Assembly: GCA_900754175.1 (NCBI GenBank)
Contig: CAAEBS010000130.1
Location: forward strand, 1 to 42,683
DNA: 42,683 bases
Reading direction: 5' to 3'
Source: Clostridia bacterium
GTDB taxonomy: Bacteria > Bacillota > Clostridia > Oscillospirales > CAG-272
The position numbers and the translations under genes are program-made. Below the pieces are notes generated by a model that was not told where the DNA came from, did no database searches, and worked only from the letters and a program-made list of their open reading frames with translations. Below, one piece after another: positions 28,331 through 37,777 of the stretch (position 1 is the stretch's first letter; every line of letters begins with the position of its first letter).

Positions 28331-29785
28331 TTATCTGGTTTTGCGGTGCTCTGCTATCATGCTGTGCTTGATATCCCAGAGCTTCTGCGAAAGATCCACG
28401 TAGTAGTTGTGCGGGTTGTTGAAGCGGCGCACTTCTTCCCACATTCCCTCGATCTCTTCCCGGCAGTGCTGGCGGATCTCGGTGAGCGCAGGCAGGCGGT
28501 ATACCAGCTCGCCTCCACGGAACACCGGCACCTGAAGCTCGGTAGCGTAAAAGTTATCCAGCGTCTTGCGCTTCCAGGTATATTCGGGGTCAAAGATTTC
28601 GATCGGCTTGGTGTCGTCCACCTTTTCGTCGTACACGCAGATCAGGTCCGCTTCCGCCTTTCCGGTCTCCCGTCCTCTCAGACGATAGACCTTTTTGAAG
28701 TGCGGCGTCGTGATCTTTCCGACGTTTTCGCTGATCTTGATCTTCGGCACGATGGTGCCGTCCGCCGCTTCCACAGCGCAGAGCTTATACACGCCGCCGA
28801 ACACCGGATCGCTCTTGGAGGTGATGAGTCTCTCGCCCACGCCGAAAGCGTCGATCTCGGCGCCCTGGCGGATCAGCTCCCGGATGATATATTCATCCAG
28901 AGAATTGGATACCACAATCTTGCACTCGGTCAGACCGACCTCGTCCAGTCTCTTGCGGATCTTCTGCGTCAGATAGGTGACGTCACCCGAGTCGATACGG
29001 ACCGCACACTTGCGGATCCCCTTCGGCAACAGCACCTCCTGGAATGCCTGGATAGCATTGGGCAGACCGCTGTCGAGAACGTTGTAGGTGTCGATGAGGA
29101 GCGTGGCGTTTTCGGGGTAGATCTCGCAATAGGTGCGGAACGCTTCGTATTCGCTGTCAAAAAGCTGGACCCAAGAATGTGCCATGGTGCCGCTTGCGGG
29201 CACGCCGAAGGCTTCGTCCGAGATCGTGCAGGCAGTGGAAGCACAGCCGCCGATATAGGCAGCCCGGGCGCCGAGAATAGCGGCGTCCGCTCCCTGCGCA
29301 CGGCGGGAGCCGAATTCGCTGATAGCTCTGCCCTTTGCCGCACGGGTCAGTCTTGCGGACTTGGTGGCGATCAGGGACTGGTGATTGATCATCATCAGGA
29401 CGTAGGTCTCAATAAACTGCGCTTCGATCGCAGGGGCACGGACGGTGATCAGCGGCTCGCCCGGGAACACCACCGTTCCCTCGGGGATCGCCCAGATGTC
29501 GCCGGTAAAGCGGAACTTGCGCAGACGGGCGAGGAATTCCTCCGAAAAGCATCCCTTGCCACGCAGGAAATCAATATCCTCCTCGGTGAAGTTCAGGTCC
29601 CGGATATACTCCACCACCTGCTCCAACCCTGCCGCCACGGTAAAGCCGCCGTTGTCGGGATTTTCCCGGTAGAACACGTCAAAGTAAACGATCTTGTCGC
29701 CGATCCCGCTGACATAATATCCATTTGCCATCGTAAGCTCGTAAAAATCGCAAAGCATCGTAAGATTTCGCCGGATATCCTTCAT
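28331..29785 (-). CDS. pncB: Nicotinate phosphoribosyltransferase
   Basis: 484 aa with the NAPRTase family N-terminus (LTMLCDFYELTMANGY) and conserved core. It is divergent from nadE. Confidence 0.9.
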   Translation of the reverse strand: MKDIRRNLTMLCDFYELTMANGYYVSGIGDKIVYFDVFYRENPDNGGFTVAAGLEQVVEYIRDLNFTEEDIDFLRGKGCFSEEFLARLRKFRFTGDIWAIPEGTVVFPGEPLITVRAPAIEAQFIETYVLMMINHQSLIATKSARLTRAAKGRAISEFGSRRAQGADAAILGARAAYIGGCASTACTISDEAFGVPASGTMAHSWVQLFDSEYEAFRTYCEIYPENATLLIDTYNVLDSGLPNAIQAFQEVLLPKGIRKCAVRIDSGDVTYLTQKIRKRLDEVGLTECKIVVSNSLDEYIIRELIRQGAEIDAFGVGERLITSKSDPVFGGVYKLCAVEAADGTIVPKIKISENVGKITTPHFKKVYRLRGRETGKAEADLICVYDEKVDDTKPIEIFDPEYTWKRKTLDNFYATELQVPVFRGGELVYRLPALTEIRQHCREEIEGMWEEVRRFNNPHNYYVDLSQKLWDIKHSMIAEHRKTR

Positions 29786-29832
29786 TTTCTTTTCTCCTGA
29801 CCTTTTTATGTTAAAAATTTTTTATTTTTCTC

Positions 29833-29861
29833 TTGTAATTTCGGCAATAAAAATGTATAAT
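29833..29861 (+). promoter_or_regulatory. SigA-type promoter of nadE
   Basis: TTGTAA-N17-TATAAT with TG at the extended -10 position, about 75 nt upstream of the nadE ATG. Confidence 0.6.
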
Positions 29862-29935
29862 AATTTCAGTATGTATGTTTTTTTGCGATACTATCGGAAA
29901 AATCCGCTCAAATTCCTGAAAGGACACAATATTTT

Positions 29936-31870
29936 ATGAAACACGGTTTTATCAGAGTTGCCGCCGCAACCCCTCTCGTCACGGTCGCAGACTGCGGTGC
30001 AAACCTTGCCGAGCTGCGGCGCATCCGAAAAAACGCCGAACAGGACGGTATTCATCTGCTGGTATTCCCCGAGCTTTCGCTCACCGGCTACACCTGCTCG
30101 GATCTGTTTTTGTCCGGCACTCTGCTCCACGCCGCAAGCGATGCGCTTCTGACCTATGCGGCGGAAACGACCGATTCCGATATGATAAGTATAATCGGTT
30201 TTCCCTTCGTTGTCAATGATAAACTTTATAATTGTGCCGCAATTTGTCAAAAAGGACAAATTCTCGGTGTGATTCCCAAATCAAATATACCAAATTACAA
30301 TGAATTTTACGAGGCACGGCACTTCACTCCCTACACGGGAGACACCACGCAGGTGCCCCTCGGCGACCGGATGGTTCCCTTTGGTCCCCGTCAGCTTTTT
30401 GCCTGCCGGGAGATGCCCACATTCCGCTTCGGCGTGGAGATCTGCGAGGACATCTGGGTACCGGCACCGCCTTCCACCGCTCTTGCCGGTGCAGGCGCTC
30501 TGGTGGTTGCCAACCTGTCCGCCTCCAATGAAACGATCGGAAAGGACAACTACCGGCGGCTTCTGGTAAACTCCCAGTCCGCCCGTGCCGTCTGCGGCTA
30601 TATCTACGCCGACTGCGGCGACGGAGAGTCCACCACCGACCTCGTGTTCAGCGGTCACTCCATTATCTCCGAAAACGGTTCCCTGCTGGCGGAAAGAAAG
30701 CCCTTTGAAGAATGTGAAAAGGGCTATATCGCCACCGAGCTTGACCTGGAGCGCCTTGCCGCCGAGCGCCGGCGCACCAACACCTATCCCACCCAGCCCA
30801 AAACCGATTACGCCGTGCAAGCCTTTTCCATGCCGGTCACCGAAATGGTGCTGACCCGCACCTTTGACCCGCATCCTTTTGTGCCGGACGATCACGGCGA
30901 GCGCTCCCGCCGGTGTGAAACCATTCTTGCCATTCAGGCGAGAGGTCTTGCCCAGCGCATCCGCCGTGCCTATGCAAAAAAATGCGTCATCGGAATTTCC
31001 GGCGGTCTGGATTCCTGCCTTGCCATGCTGGTCGCCGCACGGGCGCTCGACCTTCTCGGTCGCCCGAGAACCGACCTTATCGGTGTGACCATGCCCTGCT
31101 TCGGCACCACAAAGCGCACCCGCTCCAACGCCGAAATTCTCTGCCACGAGCTTGGCGCAGAGCTTCGCTGTGTGGACATCACCGAGGCGGTGCGCCGCCA
31201 TTTTGCCGACATCGGGCATGACGAATCGGTACACGACGTCGTGTATGAAAACTGCCAGGCACGGGAGCGGACGCAGGTCATTATGGACATTGCCAACGCC
31301 GAGGGCGGCATGGTGGTCGGCACGGGCGACCTTTCCGAGCTGGCGCTTGGGTGGGCGACCTACAACGGCGACCATATGTCGATGTACGGTGTCAATGCGT
31401 CGGTGCCGAAAACGCTGGTGCGGCACATCGTGGCTTACTTTGCCGACCGGAGCGAAGCCGAGGGCAAAAACACGCTTGCCACCGTCCTGCGGGATATTCT
31501 GGATACGCCGGTCAGCCCCGAGCTTCTCCCGGCAGACGAAAAAGGAAACATCACGCAGAAGACCGAGGACCTGGTCGGTCCCTACGAGCTTCACGACTTT
31601 TACCTCTATTATATGATCCGTTGCGGTTTTGCGCCGGACAAGCTGTACCGCATCGCCAAGCGCTCGTTTGCCGGGGTGTACAGCGATGAGATCCTTCTGA
31701 AATGGCTGAAGAATTTCATCCGCCGTTTCTTTGCCCAGCAGTTCAAGCGCTCCTGCCTGCCGGACGGTCCCAAGGTCGGATCGGTCGCCCTTTCTCCCCG
31801 TGGAGACTGGCGGATGCCGAGCGACGCTTCTGCCGCCGAGTGGATGAAAATCGCCGATTCCCTGTCCTGA
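29936..31870 (+). CDS. nadE: Glutamine-dependent NAD+ synthetase
   Basis: N-terminal CN-hydrolase domain (LLVFPELSLTGY) and a C-terminal synthetase domain with the SGGLDS PP-loop. 644 aa. Confidence 0.92.
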   Translation: MKHGFIRVAAATPLVTVADCGANLAELRRIRKNAEQDGIHLLVFPELSLTGYTCSDLFLSGTLLHAASDALLTYAAETTDSDMISIIGFPFVVNDKLYNCAAICQKGQILGVIPKSNIPNYNEFYEARHFTPYTGDTTQVPLGDRMVPFGPRQLFACREMPTFRFGVEICEDIWVPAPPSTALAGAGALVVANLSASNETIGKDNYRRLLVNSQSARAVCGYIYADCGDGESTTDLVFSGHSIISENGSLLAERKPFEECEKGYIATELDLERLAAERRRTNTYPTQPKTDYAVQAFSMPVTEMVLTRTFDPHPFVPDDHGERSRRCETILAIQARGLAQRIRRAYAKKCVIGISGGLDSCLAMLVAARALDLLGRPRTDLIGVTMPCFGTTKRTRSNAEILCHELGAELRCVDITEAVRRHFADIGHDESVHDVVYENCQARERTQVIMDIANAEGGMVVGTGDLSELALGWATYNGDHMSMYGVNASVPKTLVRHIVAYFADRSEAEGKNTLATVLRDILDTPVSPELLPADEKGNITQKTEDLVGPYELHDFYLYYMIRCGFAPDKLYRIAKRSFAGVYSDEILLKWLKNFIRRFFAQQFKRSCLPDGPKVGSVALSPRGDWRMPSDASAAEWMKIADSLS

Positions 31871-32104
31871 GCGCCAGACGCATTTTCCTGATCTTTCTTT
31901 TGAATATCCTGTTTTTTCCGTTCATAATCGGAAAATATCAAGCCACAATAATAGCAGAGCACGGAAGTAAACGACCGGCAAAGCAAGTCAACTGCCGATG
32001 CTCAATGATATAGATAAAAAGATAAAAAAGAGAGAATCCGGCTATATGCGTTGTCTTTTACAGCGTAAAAGCAAATGCAGATACCCGGAAACAGGAGAAT
32101 GAAT

Positions 32105-32305
32105 ATGGCAAGCAACAAGACTCTTATTCCCGAAGCAAAGGCTGCTCTTGACAAGTTCAAGATGGAAGCTGCAAGCGAAGTAGGCGTAAACCTTTCTCAG
32201 GGCTACAACGGTGATCTGACCGCTCGTCAGGCCGGAAGCATCGGCGGACAGATGGTCAAGAAGATGATCGAGAGCTACGAGAACCAGATCAAGAACTCCA
32301 AATAA
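32105..32305 (+). CDS. Alpha/beta-type small acid-soluble spore protein
   Basis: The sequence MASNKTLIPEAKAALDKFKMEAASEVGV...GDLTARQAGSIGGQMVKKMIE matches both conserved SASP blocks. The ATG at 32105 is preceded by AGGAGA. The track ORF starts earlier, at 32075. Confidence 0.9.
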   Translation: MASNKTLIPEAKAALDKFKMEAASEVGVNLSQGYNGDLTARQAGSIGGQMVKKMIESYENQIKNSK

Positions 32306-32349
32306 GGAACGACCCAAAATTTCCCGCATTGCCAACCGGTGATGCAAAA

Positions 32350-32385
32350 CGGGGGGCTGTCGCAAAAGCGACAGCCCCTTTGTGA
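32350..32385. terminator. Bidirectional rho-independent terminator between the SASP gene and rhaD
   Basis: Perfect 11-bp stem ggggctgtcgc-aaaa-gcgacagcccc flanked by T-rich tracts on both strands. Confidence 0.8.
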
Positions 32386-32395
32386 TTGATATCGG

Positions 32396-33217
32396 TCAGT
32401 CGAGAAATTCTTCCCGGATGGTCAGGTTGAATTCCTTTGCCAGTGCAATGAAATCCTCCTTGGTGATCGTCTGATGCTTGGCAGACGACATCGAACGCAT
32501 CTTTACATAGATTTCAGCGCTCTTCTCCACGGTGTGAGCCAGGCCAAAAGCGATGTCAAAGTCCTCGCCGGCACAGAAAATACCGTGATGTGCCCAGACG
32601 GCAACGTCGTATTCCTTCATCTTCTCGGAGGTCGCAACGGCGATCTCTCTGCCGCCCGGAACCATCCACGGGATCACGCCGACGCCTGCCGGGAACACCA
32701 CCGGACACTCGGTCATGGACTCCCACAGCTCACGGGTGAACACCTTATCCTCCAGCGGAAGGACAAAGGTCATGGCGATGATGTTGGCGGGGTGGCAGTG
32801 ATAGATTACTCTCATCTTGCCGCCGCTTGCCAGCTTCTTGACCTCGTGGTTCATCAGGTGCGAGGGCAGCTCGCTGGTCGGTCTGCCGCCCTTGGTCAGA
32901 CCCCATACGATCCGGTATTTCGTTCCGGTGGAGTCCACCTCGATGATACAGCAGGTCTCCGCCGTTTTGCGCAGAACGTCGCTGAAATATTTTCCGGAGC
33001 CGGTCACCATGAAGAACTCGCCCGCAAGGTTCGGCACCGAGGTTCCGATATCGGTAAAGGGGGCGTCAAAGCAAAGGTCGTCCCGGACCTCCTCTACCGC
33101 CTCCATGGGGATCCGGTAGGAAAGGTTTCCGCCGTTTCTCTCGTGAAATCTGAGCTGCCAGCCGTCCTCGGCAAGGCGTGCAAAGTTCTGTGCAAATTCC
33201 GCATCCATTACTTTCAT
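32396..33217 (-). CDS. rhaD: Rhamnulose-1-phosphate aldolase (class II aldolase)
   Basis: 273 aa with a class II aldolase/adducin fold. The N-terminus ...LAEDGWQLRFHERNGGNLSYRI and the His cluster (HCHP...HHG) fit RhaD. It lies downstream of rhaA. Confidence 0.85.
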   Translation of the reverse strand: MKVMDAEFAQNFARLAEDGWQLRFHERNGGNLSYRIPMEAVEEVRDDLCFDAPFTDIGTSVPNLAGEFFMVTGSGKYFSDVLRKTAETCCIIEVDSTGTKYRIVWGLTKGGRPTSELPSHLMNHEVKKLASGGKMRVIYHCHPANIIAMTFVLPLEDKVFTRELWESMTECPVVFPAGVGVIPWMVPGGREIAVATSEKMKEYDVAVWAHHGIFCAGEDFDIAFGLAHTVEKSAEIYVKMRSMSSAKHQTITKEDFIALAKEFNLTIREEFLD

Positions 33218-33268
33218 GATTACAAATCCTCGTCAATCTTTATTTTTTGAATTCCGGTATTCACCGTT

Positions 33269-34522
33269 TTATTTTCTCTTGGAAAGAACCTGCTCCTCGT
33301 AGGTCTTTACCTTTTCAAACCAGCCCTCTCCGGCGTCTACGCCGCAGCTTCTGCAATATTCTTCCCATACGGCGCCCCACGGGTAGGCTTTCAGCTCTTC
33401 CTGAAGCATCATCAGCTCGGTAAAGCGTGCCTCATCCTGAAGCTTTGCAAACTTTTCGTGCGGCGTGCAGAGTGCGCACAGCAGTGCCTTCTGCCAGCTG
33501 CGGAAGCCGACGACCCATGCGGAGATCCGGTTGATGCTGGCGTCAAAGTAATCCAGCGCCATGTACACACGGTCAAGGGCGTTGCAACGGACGATCTCCT
33601 TTGCCATTTCCTTGGTCTCGTCGTCCAGAATCAGCACGTGGTCGGAATCCCAGCGGATGCCACGGGTGATGTGCAGAGCGATCTCCGGGAAGTAGCAAAG
33701 CAGAGCCGGGATCTTATCCGACACCACTTCGGTGGGATGATAGTGACCGTTGTCCATCAGCGGCAGGCAGCCCTCGTGGGTTGCCGCAAAGGTCAGGGCA
33801 AACTCTGCGCTTCCGGCGGTATAAGCCTCCACGCCGATTCCGAACACCTTGGACTCCACGCAGGGCTTGACAAGGTTGCGGTCATACGGCTCGGAGAGGA
33901 TTTCCTCCACCGACTTCTTGTAGCGGAGTCTCGGACCCATGCGGTCTGCGGGAACGTCCTTGAAGCCGTCTCCGATCCAGATGTTCATCACGCAGGGGAT
34001 ACCGGTCTCCTCGGCAAAATACTGGGAGATGCGGATGCAGGCTTTTCCGTGCTCCACCCAGAAGCGACGGACTTCTTCATCGGGGCTGGTCAGCGTCAGA
34101 CCGTTTTTCGCCATGGGATGAGAGAAGAAAGTGGGGTTGAAATCAATGCCCATTCCTCTTTCCTTGGCAAACTCCACCCATTTTTTGAACTGCTTGGGGG
34201 TCAGCTTATCCCGATCCACAAATTCGCCCGGCTCAAAGATTGCATAGCAGGCGTGCAGATTGAGCTTTTTCTTTCCGGGGCACAGCGACATTGCACGGTC
34301 CAGATCCTCCATCAGCTGTTCCGGCGTTCTTGCCTTACCAGGATAGTTTCCGGTGGTCTGGATGCCGCCGCTGAGCGGTCCGTCATGGTCGAAGCCGGTC
34401 ACGTCGTCTCCCTGCCAGCAGTGGAGAGAGAGCGGGATGGTTTTCAGCTTCTCAATGGCGGCGTCGGTGTCCACACCGATCGACGCATACTTTGCTTTTG
34501 CCAGTGCATATTCCTGGTTCAT
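33269..34522 (-). CDS. rhaA: L-rhamnose isomerase
   Basis: 417 aa with the N-terminus ...AIEKLKTIPLSLHCWQGDDVTGF and overall RhaA-like sequence. Confidence 0.9.
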   Translation of the reverse strand: MNQEYALAKAKYASIGVDTDAAIEKLKTIPLSLHCWQGDDVTGFDHDGPLSGGIQTTGNYPGKARTPEQLMEDLDRAMSLCPGKKKLNLHACYAIFEPGEFVDRDKLTPKQFKKWVEFAKERGMGIDFNPTFFSHPMAKNGLTLTSPDEEVRRFWVEHGKACIRISQYFAEETGIPCVMNIWIGDGFKDVPADRMGPRLRYKKSVEEILSEPYDRNLVKPCVESKVFGIGVEAYTAGSAEFALTFAATHEGCLPLMDNGHYHPTEVVSDKIPALLCYFPEIALHITRGIRWDSDHVLILDDETKEMAKEIVRCNALDRVYMALDYFDASINRISAWVVGFRSWQKALLCALCTPHEKFAKLQDEARFTELMMLQEELKAYPWGAVWEEYCRSCGVDAGEGWFEKVKTYEEQVLSKRK

Positions 34523-34589
34523 GTTGAATTACCTTCCTTTCCTGTATGGCATCCGCCCGTCGGCGGTATGCAATAGCGCCTTTCCGGCG

Positions 34590-35975
34590 TTAAATTTTTT
34601 TGACGTTGAAAGAGCGGAATACGGCGCTCCTTGCCTCTGCTACGGTCGCAAACACGCCGGTACCCAGCATCTGCGCCAGGAGATTTCCGATTGCCGTTGC
34701 CTCGGTGGGTCCCGCATACACCGGAATATCCAGCGCCTGTGCGGTCAGCTCGTTCAGATAATCGTCCTTGCTTCCACCGCCGATGATGTGCAGAGCCTCC
34801 GGCTTTTTCCCGCACATCTGCGTGATCTCCTCAATAGTCTGCGCATAACATTCGGCAAGACTGCGGTACACGCAGCACAGCATATGGTCAAGTGGCATAT
34901 CGGCAACGCCGCAGGCGTCGGCGATCTCTTTCATCATGCTCGCAGGCGCCAGGAAGCGGTTGTCGTTGACCCGGATCCGGTACGGAGTGTCTCCAAGCGC
35001 CGTCGCCATATCACACAGCTCGGCAAAGGAATACCTGCCGCCAAGCTCCCGGCGGATCGACTGGATGATCCAGAGCCCCATGATGTTTTTCAGATACCGA
35101 AAGCGGTGCGCATAGCCGCCCTCGTTGGTGAAGTTGCGCAGGCGTGCCTCGGCAGAAGAATCGGGCGTCGTGCGCTCCACGCCCATCAGCGACCAGGTGC
35201 CCGAGCTTAAGTATACGATATTGTCAAGATTGGAGGGCACGGCAAGCACGGCAGAGCCGGTATCGTGCGACGCCGGGTGGATGACCGTCAGATCGTAGCC
35301 GACCCGTTCCCGGATCTCCGGCGAAAGCTTGCCCAGCACCTCTCCCGGCATACTCAGATGTCCGAAAAGATGAGCGGGATAGCCGAGGCGTCCGATCATT
35401 TCCATATCCCATTCCCCGGTCTTCAGGTTGACAAGCTGTGCGGTGGTGGCGTTGGTGTATTCCTGGTGCGCCACACCGGTCAGCCGGTAGCCGAGATAGT
35501 CGGGCATCATCAGAAATTTATCCGCCGCCTCCAGTTGCTCCGGCGCCTGAAGCTTCAGCGCCATCAGCTGATATACGGTGTTGTAGAGCTGTTTCTGGAT
35601 TCCGGTCCTTTCGTAAAGCTCCTCCTCCGGAACCTTGCGGTAAACCTCCGCATCCACGCCGACCGTGCGGTTGTCCCGGTAGCCCACGGCGTCCCCGATG
35701 ACCCCGCCCTTTTTGTCAAGCAGAAGAAAATCCACACCCCACGTGTCGATTCCCATGTAAGCAGGGATCTTTCCGATCTCCGTACAGCGCTTCATTCCCG
35801 CCACAACGCTTTCAAACAGCGCCTCGTGGTCCCAGCACTGGTGACCGTTTTTCTCGGTTGTCCCGTTGGGAAAGCGATAGACCTCTTCCAGCTCGATCTT
35901 CCCGTTTTCCACACATCCAAGGATATGCCGACCGCTGGAAGCACCGATATCCACTGCCAGATAATAGGTTTTCAT
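34590..35975 (-). CDS. rhaB: Rhamnulokinase (FGGY family)
   Basis: The N-terminus MKTYYLAVDIGASSGRHILG carries the FGGY phosphate-1 motif. 461 aa, first gene of rhaBAD. Confidence 0.88.
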   Translation of the reverse strand: MKTYYLAVDIGASSGRHILGCVENGKIELEEVYRFPNGTTEKNGHQCWDHEALFESVVAGMKRCTEIGKIPAYMGIDTWGVDFLLLDKKGGVIGDAVGYRDNRTVGVDAEVYRKVPEEELYERTGIQKQLYNTVYQLMALKLQAPEQLEAADKFLMMPDYLGYRLTGVAHQEYTNATTAQLVNLKTGEWDMEMIGRLGYPAHLFGHLSMPGEVLGKLSPEIRERVGYDLTVIHPASHDTGSAVLAVPSNLDNIVYLSSGTWSLMGVERTTPDSSAEARLRNFTNEGGYAHRFRYLKNIMGLWIIQSIRRELGGRYSFAELCDMATALGDTPYRIRVNDNRFLAPASMMKEIADACGVADMPLDHMLCCVYRSLAECYAQTIEEITQMCGKKPEALHIIGGGSKDDYLNELTAQALDIPVYAGPTEATAIGNLLAQMLGTGVFATVAEARSAVFRSFNVKKI

Positions 35976-36108
35976 ATATTCCTCCCTCGTTCATGATCCG
36001 GTGGCGCCCTTTCCGGTGCCACTCTTTGATGATTACATTATAACACATCCCCTGCGGGATAATAAGATTGCTTTTTTACTTGATTTGTGTCTTTTTTTGC
36101 CCCCCCTA

Positions 36109-36137
36109 TTGCATTGGAGAAGAAAATATGCTACAAT
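36109..36137 (+). promoter_or_regulatory. SigA-type promoter of the AraC-family regulator
   Basis: TTGCAT-N17-TACAAT with TGc at the extended -10 position. It lies in the 200-bp divergent region shared with rhaB. Confidence 0.55.
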
Positions 36138-36175
36138 AATGACAAATCCTGCGCCAAGCGTAAAAGGAGGTCATG

Positions 36176-37156
36176 ATGAACCCGAAAATTCTGGAAAAGC
36201 TTTCTCAGATCACGGAAGAAGAACAGTTTCTGCTGATTCCCGACAACCGGGAATCCCACCGTGCCCTGTATGCAAAGCCGGGACGTTTTATCATTGAGCG
36301 GCGCCATATGTCCAACATCGTTTCGGGCGAGGCGACCGCCGCCGTCTGCATCCGCTCCCATCCCCGCTTCAAGGAATTTCCGGAGCACTCGCACGATTAC
36401 ATTGAGATCATGTACGTCTGCAGCGGAAGCATCACGCACGTTTTCGGAGAGAACGAGGTCTGCCTTCCCGCCAATCACCTGATTATTCTGGGCAAGAACG
36501 CCCACCACTCTATCCGCACCGCAAACAAGAACGACATCGGCGTGAACCTTATCATTTCCACCGATCTTTTTGAAAGCTCGCTTGCCCGCATCCGCCGGGA
36601 CTCCGGGCTTTCCGCCAAGCGCCTGGAGGCACTGCTGGACACCGCCGCCGACTCCTACTGCGTGTTCGACGCCACAAACAGCATCCCCATCCGGAATCTG
36701 GTGGAGAATATGCTCTGCTCCTTTCTGGACGATACCGGAGAGGATGCCTATATCCTCCAGCAGTCCCTGCACCTTCTGCTGTGCTATTTTGCCGCCCTGC
36801 GCACCGAGAGCTTTTCACAGGAGACCGATTCCTATGCGGAAAAGACCAAAAAGAAGCTTCAGAATTACATCAGCACCTCGTACAGCACCGCCACGCTCAC
36901 CGAGGCGGCGCAGATGCTGGGACTTTCCGCTCCCTACCTCAGCCGGTGGATCTGTCAGAATTTCGGCACAACCTTCAAGAATCTTCTGATGAACGAGCGC
37001 TTTTCCGTGGCGGAGGAGCTTCTGGCAAGGACCGATACGCCGGTCGGCGACATCATCAACCACATCGGTTACGAAAACAGCAGTTATTTTCATAAAGAAT
37101 TCCGCCGGCGCTACGGCGTGCCGCCAAAAGCCTACCGCCGCCTGCACCGGGAATGA
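36176..37156 (+). CDS. AraC-family transcriptional regulator (RhaR/RhaS-like, cupin + HTH)
   Basis: N-terminal cupin-type sensor domain and a C-terminal double HTH (IGYENSSYFHKEFRRRYGVPPKAYRR). It is divergent from rhaBAD. There are tandem ATGs at 36173 and 36176; the second has better spacing to AAGGAGG. Confidence 0.88.
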   Translation: MNPKILEKLSQITEEEQFLLIPDNRESHRALYAKPGRFIIERRHMSNIVSGEATAAVCIRSHPRFKEFPEHSHDYIEIMYVCSGSITHVFGENEVCLPANHLIILGKNAHHSIRTANKNDIGVNLIISTDLFESSLARIRRDSGLSAKRLEALLDTAADSYCVFDATNSIPIRNLVENMLCSFLDDTGEDAYILQQSLHLLLCYFAALRTESFSQETDSYAEKTKKKLQNYISTSYSTATLTEAAQMLGLSAPYLSRWICQNFGTTFKNLLMNERFSVAEELLARTDTPVGDIINHIGYENSSYFHKEFRRRYGVPPKAYRRLHRE

Positions 37157-37204
37157 CCTTTTTCGGAAAATGTCAGAAAATATGAATTTTTTTGCAAAAA
37201 GGTA

Positions 37205-37233
37205 TTGACAAACCGCCGACAATCTGCTATAAT
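37205..37233 (+). promoter_or_regulatory. Consensus SigA promoter of tRNA-Thr
   Basis: TTGACA-N17-TATAAT (perfect hexamers), 20 nt upstream of the tRNA 5' end. Confidence 0.8.
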
Positions 37234-37252
37234 AACAAAGTCGCATGACGAT

Positions 37253-37328
37253 GCTGGTATGGCTCAGTCGGTAGAGCACGTCATTGGTAATGACGAGGTC
37301 ATCAGTTCGATTCTGATTACCAGCTCCA
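37253..37328 (+). tRNA. tRNA-Thr(GGU): tRNA-Thr, anticodon GGU, CCA encoded
   Basis: Hand-folded cloverleaf. Acceptor GCTGGTA/TACCAGC, D stem GCTC/GAGC, anticodon stem CGTCA/TGACG with loop TTGGTAA, T stem ATCAG/CTGAT with loop TTCGATT, discriminator T, then CCA. Confidence 0.93.
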
Positions 37329-37333
37329 AAAGG

Positions 37334-37372
37334 ATCTCCGTGGGTCAATAGACCTGCGGGGATTTTTGGTTT
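37334..37372 (+). terminator. Probable terminator after tRNA-Thr
   Basis: Imperfect hairpin (tccgtgggtc-aata-gacctgcggg, with G-U pairs) followed by TTTTTGGTTTATTTT. Confidence 0.5.
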
Positions 37373-37419
37373 ATTTTCCCCTTTTTGCACGGAACCCGGC
37401 GAATTTTTTGCAATTCCCC

Positions 37420-37448
37420 TTGACGACCTTCCGTGTTTGTGCTATAAT
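37420..37448 (+). promoter_or_regulatory. SigA-type promoter of the valS leader
   Basis: TTGACG-N17-TATAAT. Confidence 0.75.
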
Positions 37449-37454
37449 GGTAAA

Positions 37455-37710
37455 AAATGAAAACGCTGTGACAGGGAGTAGTAGGTTCCCCGGTTTGGTT
37501 TCAGAGAGCGGACGTCTGGTGAAAGTCCGCACCGCCGCCACCGAAGTCGCCCCCGAGCGGTACGGATGAAACGCAGTAGTCCGCAACGTATTGCCGTCGT
37601 TACCGGCACAAAGTCTTTCCGGCTTTACTGAGTGTGCGCCTCCGGGCGCAAAATCAGGTGGTACCACGTGCTCCACGTCCTGATATCCGTCAGGGCGTTT
37701 TTTGTTTTTC
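37455..37710 (+). ncRNA. T-box leader (tRNA-Val-responsive riboswitch), specifier GUC
   Basis: Stem I elements are present: GA/K-turn (GGGAGTAG), AGAGA and GGTGAAAG distal motifs, and a specifier loop ...GAA-GTC-G (about 37546-37548). The T-box sequence AAATCAGGTGGTACCACG lies at about 37651-37668. A 9-bp terminator hairpin with TTTTTTGTTTTT follows at about 37675-37710. Confidence 0.88.
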
Positions 37711-37777
37711 CCCTGCCCCGCTCAGGCGCCGCCGGACCTTTTTCACAAATCTGATTTTATTATGTATGGAGGATATT

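Noticed and set aside
28346-29800. 484-aa plus-strand ORF that almost exactly mirrors pncB (28331-29785)
   Set aside because: Phase calculation shows it uses the same triplet boundaries as pncB on the opposite strand. pncB has the NAPRTase signature and the mirror ORF has none.
31871-32104. Sigma-G/sigma-F forespore promoter upstream of the SASP gene, and a terminator for nadE
   Set aside because: I expected both but could not find a convincing GhATr-N17/18-CATnnTA match or a hairpin with a U-tract in the 234-nt spacer. Only weak hairpins (e.g. ttttccg-N8-cggaaaa) without T-runs are present.
36815-37390. 191-aa minus-strand ORF covering the 3' end of the AraC gene, the tRNA promoter and tRNA-Thr
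   Set aside because: It overlaps a cloverleaf-validated tRNA with a perfect promoter. It has no RBS or motif support.
37634-37777. N-terminal extension of the valS ORF in the track (start at 37634)
   Set aside because: The extension runs through the T-box sequence and its terminator. The ATG at 37778 has a GGAGG SD and gives a canonical ValS N-terminus.
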